From Selaginella moellendorffii (Eukaryota > Plantae > Lycopodiophyta): a DNA stretch of 63,659 bases. The translations under genes and the position numbers were made by a program. How positions within the stretch are numbered: the first letter of the stretch is position 1; the number at the start of each line of letters is the position of its first letter. Positions 60,037 to 63,659 of this stretch are shown piece by piece. Where the stretch lies: the NCBI RefSeq assembly GCF_000143415.4, contig NW_003314431.1, positions 64,597 to 128,255 of the forward strand, read 5' to 3'. The notes below the pieces were generated by a model. That model was not told the DNA's origin, did not search any database, and was given only the letters and a program-made list of their open reading frames with translations.

Positions 60037-62226
60037 ATGCAAGGGCAAAATATGGCTATGGCACTGTTGTGGATAATCATCAGCTCGATCGTCCTCTCCG
60101 CGCCCGGGTTTGCGAATGCCGGTGACAGAATCGTGGAAGGGACCGTGGCATTCGCCTCTGTCGGGCGAGCGCACTACGCATTCGATGTGTTCTTGCTGGA
60201 TTTCCGCCCGTGGGAGCTCGAGAATGCAAGCCTAGGGCCGCATTTGGAGTTTCGGGCCACCGATGGCGTCTCTGTCAACTACAACGGGGCGCTGGTGGAT
60301 GATTCTCAGCGGCGAGTGATCTTCGAGGCGCTGGATTTCCGCGGTGAGCAGCAGGGTGATGGGAGCCAAGGGATTCTTATCTATGTCTCCGAGCGGGATG
60401 GCGCTGCTGAGGTTCGATTCAATCTCTTTTACCAGGGGCAACGCGATCGAGGCGAGCGAAGTCTCGGAAATATCGAGAGCGGCTCTCAAGAATCTCATGG
60501 AAACAGGAGGGATGCGCTGGAAATCCATGGCGATAGAGGGAATTCCCAGAATTTCATCGATTTGGGGAAGCTATGGTCGAGCAGCGAGGTGGAACCGACA
60601 GCGCTCTACGACAGACCGTCGGTGGCCGATGGGAGAGTGATCTTCGTCTCGACAAGGAAGCCGCGAGAGCAGTCGAGGCAAAGCTGGGCGGCAGTCTACT
60701 CCATGGACATCGTCACGAAGAAAATCACGAGGCTCACTCCAGAGGGCGTCACAGACTACAGCCCTTCGGTCTCTCCATCTGGGAAGTTCGTCATGGTTGC
60801 TTCGGACGATGGTCGAGGCTGGGGAGGAGAGATCGAAGAGCTTGACACGGATCTATACTCTTTTCAAGCCTGGGATGGATCCGGAAGAAAGCTCGTGGTG
60901 AAGAATGGAGGCTGGCCATCTTGGTCGGACGATTCGACCGTCTTCTTTCACAGGAGAGCCGAGGATGGGTGGTGGAGCGTCTACAAGGCCACTTTCTCAA
61001 AGTCCTTCACGGCGATTCGAGAGGAAAGGATCACACCACCGGGAGTTCATGCGTTCACTCCAGCGGCTTCACGGACAGGGAAATGGATTGCTGTAGCAAC
61101 TCGAAGAGCCGGCTCGCTATACCGTCACGTAGAGGTGTTTGATCTCGGCTCGAGGAAGTTCCACAAACTTAGCGAGCTCGTTGCTCCGGAGGCTCATCAC
61201 TACAACCCTTTTGTCTCGCCAGAGTCGGACAAGATCGGGTATCACAGATGCCGGGGAAAGGGAGTGACTCCTCGGCTGGAGCACATCAAGTCTCCAGTTC
61301 CAGGAATCTCTCTCGTGCGAGTTGACGGGGACTTCCCCGTGTTCTCTCCCGATGGAGAGTCCATAGCTTTCATCCCCGACTTGGACGAAGGTGGCATTTA
61401 CGTGACGCGGCTCAACGGCTCGGGCATGACCAAAGTTTTCGACAAGCCGGCCTTCGGACTCTCCTGGGACAAGCAGAGGAAAGGCGTTCTCTACACGAGC
61501 TATGGCCCGGGATTCGTGCCGGAGGACACCATCGTTCACATCGTCTCCATTCTCAACGCGGACGAGCTCATCGCCGGCGGCGGAGGTGCAGTCAAGTGGA
61601 AGATCCTGACGAAGAGCGGCACCAAGAACAACGCATTCCCATCGCCATCGCCCGACGGCAAGTGGATCGTCTTCCGGTCCGGACGCTCGGGACACAAGAA
61701 CCTCTACATCATGGACGCGATCCATGGCGAAGAAGCAAGCTTGAGGAGACTCACCGAGGGGGCCTGGACGGACACAATGGCGAGCTGGTCACACGACGGA
61801 GAATGGATCGCGTTCTCGTCGGATCGACACAACCCCGGCGGTGGCAGCTTCCAGCTCTACTTTGTTCGTCCCGATGGTAGCCAACTCCACAGAGTTCTCA
61901 ACTCCAGCACTGGAGGGCGAGTGAACCATCCGTTCTTCAGCCCGGATTCCAGGAGCTTGGTGTTCACCACGGACTACGCTGGCGTGTCCGCGGATCCGAT
62001 CGCTGTTCCGGCGCAGTTCCAGCCGTATGGAGAGATTTTCATGGCGAGAATCGATGGGAGCGAGCTCGTCCGGCTCACGCACAACGCGTACGAAGATGGA
62101 ACTCCATCCTGGGGGCCTGTGAAGTTAGATTCGAGCGCTCTCACTGGGGAAGGGAAGAAGGCCCGCTGTGGCTTTAGAGACACGAGATGGCTCAAGCCCG
62201 TCATAGCTCAAGCCCGCCATGGCTAG
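60037..62226 (+). CDS. TolB-like / DPP6 N-terminal-like beta-propeller protein (PD40 repeats) with signal peptide, intronless
   Basis: 729 aa; repeated P.xSPDG.WI.F.S.R motifs; hydrophobic N-terminus. Confidence 0.9.
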   Translation: MQGQNMAMALLWIIISSIVLSAPGFANAGDRIVEGTVAFASVGRAHYAFDVFLLDFRPWELENASLGPHLEFRATDGVSVNYNGALVDDSQRRVIFEALDFRGEQQGDGSQGILIYVSERDGAAEVRFNLFYQGQRDRGERSLGNIESGSQESHGNRRDALEIHGDRGNSQNFIDLGKLWSSSEVEPTALYDRPSVADGRVIFVSTRKPREQSRQSWAAVYSMDIVTKKITRLTPEGVTDYSPSVSPSGKFVMVASDDGRGWGGEIEELDTDLYSFQAWDGSGRKLVVKNGGWPSWSDDSTVFFHRRAEDGWWSVYKATFSKSFTAIREERITPPGVHAFTPAASRTGKWIAVATRRAGSLYRHVEVFDLGSRKFHKLSELVAPEAHHYNPFVSPESDKIGYHRCRGKGVTPRLEHIKSPVPGISLVRVDGDFPVFSPDGESIAFIPDLDEGGIYVTRLNGSGMTKVFDKPAFGLSWDKQRKGVLYTSYGPGFVPEDTIVHIVSILNADELIAGGGGAVKWKILTKSGTKNNAFPSPSPDGKWIVFRSGRSGHKNLYIMDAIHGEEASLRRLTEGAWTDTMASWSHDGEWIAFSSDRHNPGGGSFQLYFVRPDGSQLHRVLNSSTGGRVNHPFFSPDSRSLVFTTDYAGVSADPIAVPAQFQPYGEIFMARIDGSELVRLTHNAYEDGTPSWGPVKLDSSALTGEGKKARCGFRDTRWLKPVIAQARHG

Positions 62227-62319
62227 ATTCATAGTCAGCCGCTAGATGCGAGCCATCGGACGGTCTACATAAATTTAAATGTAGTTCATAGCACTGGGTT
62301 TTAGGGTTCCTGCCCAGGG

Positions 62320-63659
62320 ATGAAGAGGTTCTTCCAGCCCGTGGAGCGCGATGGCGCCTCCAAGAAGCCCTCCATCGCGATCGCCAACGGCGGCGAGAAT
62401 GCGTGCGCCGATCCATCCAGGTTCATGTCTTGGAATGCGAATAGCTTGCTTCTGCGATTCAAGAACAACCGGGAGGAGGTCATGAGCTTCATCCGCGGCT
62501 TCGATCCGGATGTGATTTGCATCCAGGTGGTGTCCCAGCTCCTAGCTAGCGATCGGATTTCTCATCGACAGGGATTGCTTGCTTCCAGGAGGTTCGTCTC
62601 CCGGCGGCTGGATTTAAAGGCGAGAAGAAAAATCCGGGAGAGATCAAGGATGATAGCGCTGCTGCTCGCAATGACAAGCAGGTATGGGATTCTTTCTTTC
62701 TCCAGTGATGCATTGGCTAGTAGGCTGTGATGCGTGTTCTATCGGTGTCGCCAATGGCAGATTATAGCGTGTGGTGGTCTCTCGGAGAGAACAAGTACGC
62801 TGGAACAGCTCTCTTCGTGAAGAATTGCTTCAAGCCAGTGTCGGTGGCCTTCAACATTGACAACAAAGGCAAAGGTTCGTAAAATCATTCTTTGTTTCTT
62901 TTTTGTTCTTTGGCATTTAGAAAACTCAACAAGATTAGATTTTTTTTTTTCGTGGATGATAGATGCACAACGCCATGAGATCGATGGGAGAATTATCTTG
63001 GCGGAGTTTGGATCGTTCACTCTTCTCAACACTTATGCGCCAAACAATGGATGGAAGGAAGAAGAGAATGGTTTCGTGCGAAGAAGAGCGTGGGACAAGA
63101 AAGTACTCGAGTTTGTGAGCTCTTGCAGCAAGCCGCTCATTTGGTGCGGTGATCTTAACGTGAGGTACGTACGATTTGAAGGTTCTTTCCTTGTAAATGA
63201 AGCGTGCGAGTGTGACTTTCAGCCATCAGGAGATCGATGTAACTCATCCGGAGTTTTTTGCAAACGCAACCCAACCCGGCTACACTCCTCCAAACAAAGA
63301 GGTATACTTTTCTCCTAAAGCGACTCTATGTATTGGAATTGTGAGTGATCAGGACGCTGGACAACCCGGATTCACGCTCAATGAGCGAGCAAGGTTCTCA
63401 ACGATCTTAAATCGGTTAGTATCTCTTGGAAAAAAAAAATAATAAACAAACTGAGATCTAACTTTAACTTGATCTTTGTGAATTCAGGGGAAATCTGGTG
63501 GACACGTACAGGCATCTCCACGAGAAGCAGGACTTGGAGGCTGGATTTACGTGGTCTGGAAATCCCGTGGGAAAGTAAGTACAACCGTAAAAAAGGAGTT
63601 TTACTTTTTCTACCTGGAGAATGACAATCGTGAAAAATCCCAGGTATCGCGGCAAGCGT
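62320..63659 (+). CDS. APE1L: AP endonuclease APE1L-type (ExoIII family), runs off the right edge
   Basis: MKRFFQP N-terminus; FMSWNANSLLLR, DPDVICIQE, KYAGTAL, LLNTYAPNNGWK, WCGDLNV, GQPGFT..ER, FTWSGNPVGKYRGKR. Confidence 0.9.

Noticed and set aside
60037-62226. Recent horizontal transfer of bacterial tolB
   Set aside because: Intron-poor TolB-like/DPP6-N proteins are an established land-plant family; nothing here indicates a recent transfer.
63302-63351. U12 intron in APE1L (donor GTATACTT)
   Set aside because: No TTCCTTRAY-like branch site near the acceptor.

Overview
Eukaryotic plant nuclear DNA. Very short introns (about 50-70 nt), extreme gene compaction and intronless PLS-class PPR genes point to a Selaginella-like lycophyte genome (inference). 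Bases 1-~21,200 are a nest of decayed LTR retroelements: several copies of an apparently non-autonomous family with ~1.13-kb LTRs (called family A here) and two related Ty3/gypsy remnants, one with a chromodomain. From ~22,200 the window is gene-dense. In order: an intronless, motif-degenerate PP2C, a class III peroxidase, tRNA-Val(CAC), glucosidase II beta, a PPR gene, tRNA-Leu(TAA), a GT47 exostosin, and a locally duplicated small heat-shock protein cluster. That cluster has 3 intact genes, relics, HSE arrays, and F-box, peroxidase and PPR pseudogenes; it is split by a short-LTR, tRNA-Ala-primed gypsy element carrying a 2.26-kb internal tandem duplication. Then follow a second tRNA-Val, an E2F gene with two U12-type introns, a CERK1/LYK-type LysM receptor kinase, another PPR gene, an AT-rich spacer with decayed copies of the sHSP HSE module, and three tightly packed + strand genes (RsmB/Sun methyltransferase, TolB-like protein, APE1L). 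The most notable points are: co-oriented genes and tRNAs separated by only 24-160 nt (possible polycistronic or tRNA-linked transcripts), a relocated HSE cassette, and the family A elements with a possible decayed antisense ORF. All alignments and counts were made by eye; no database search was run.
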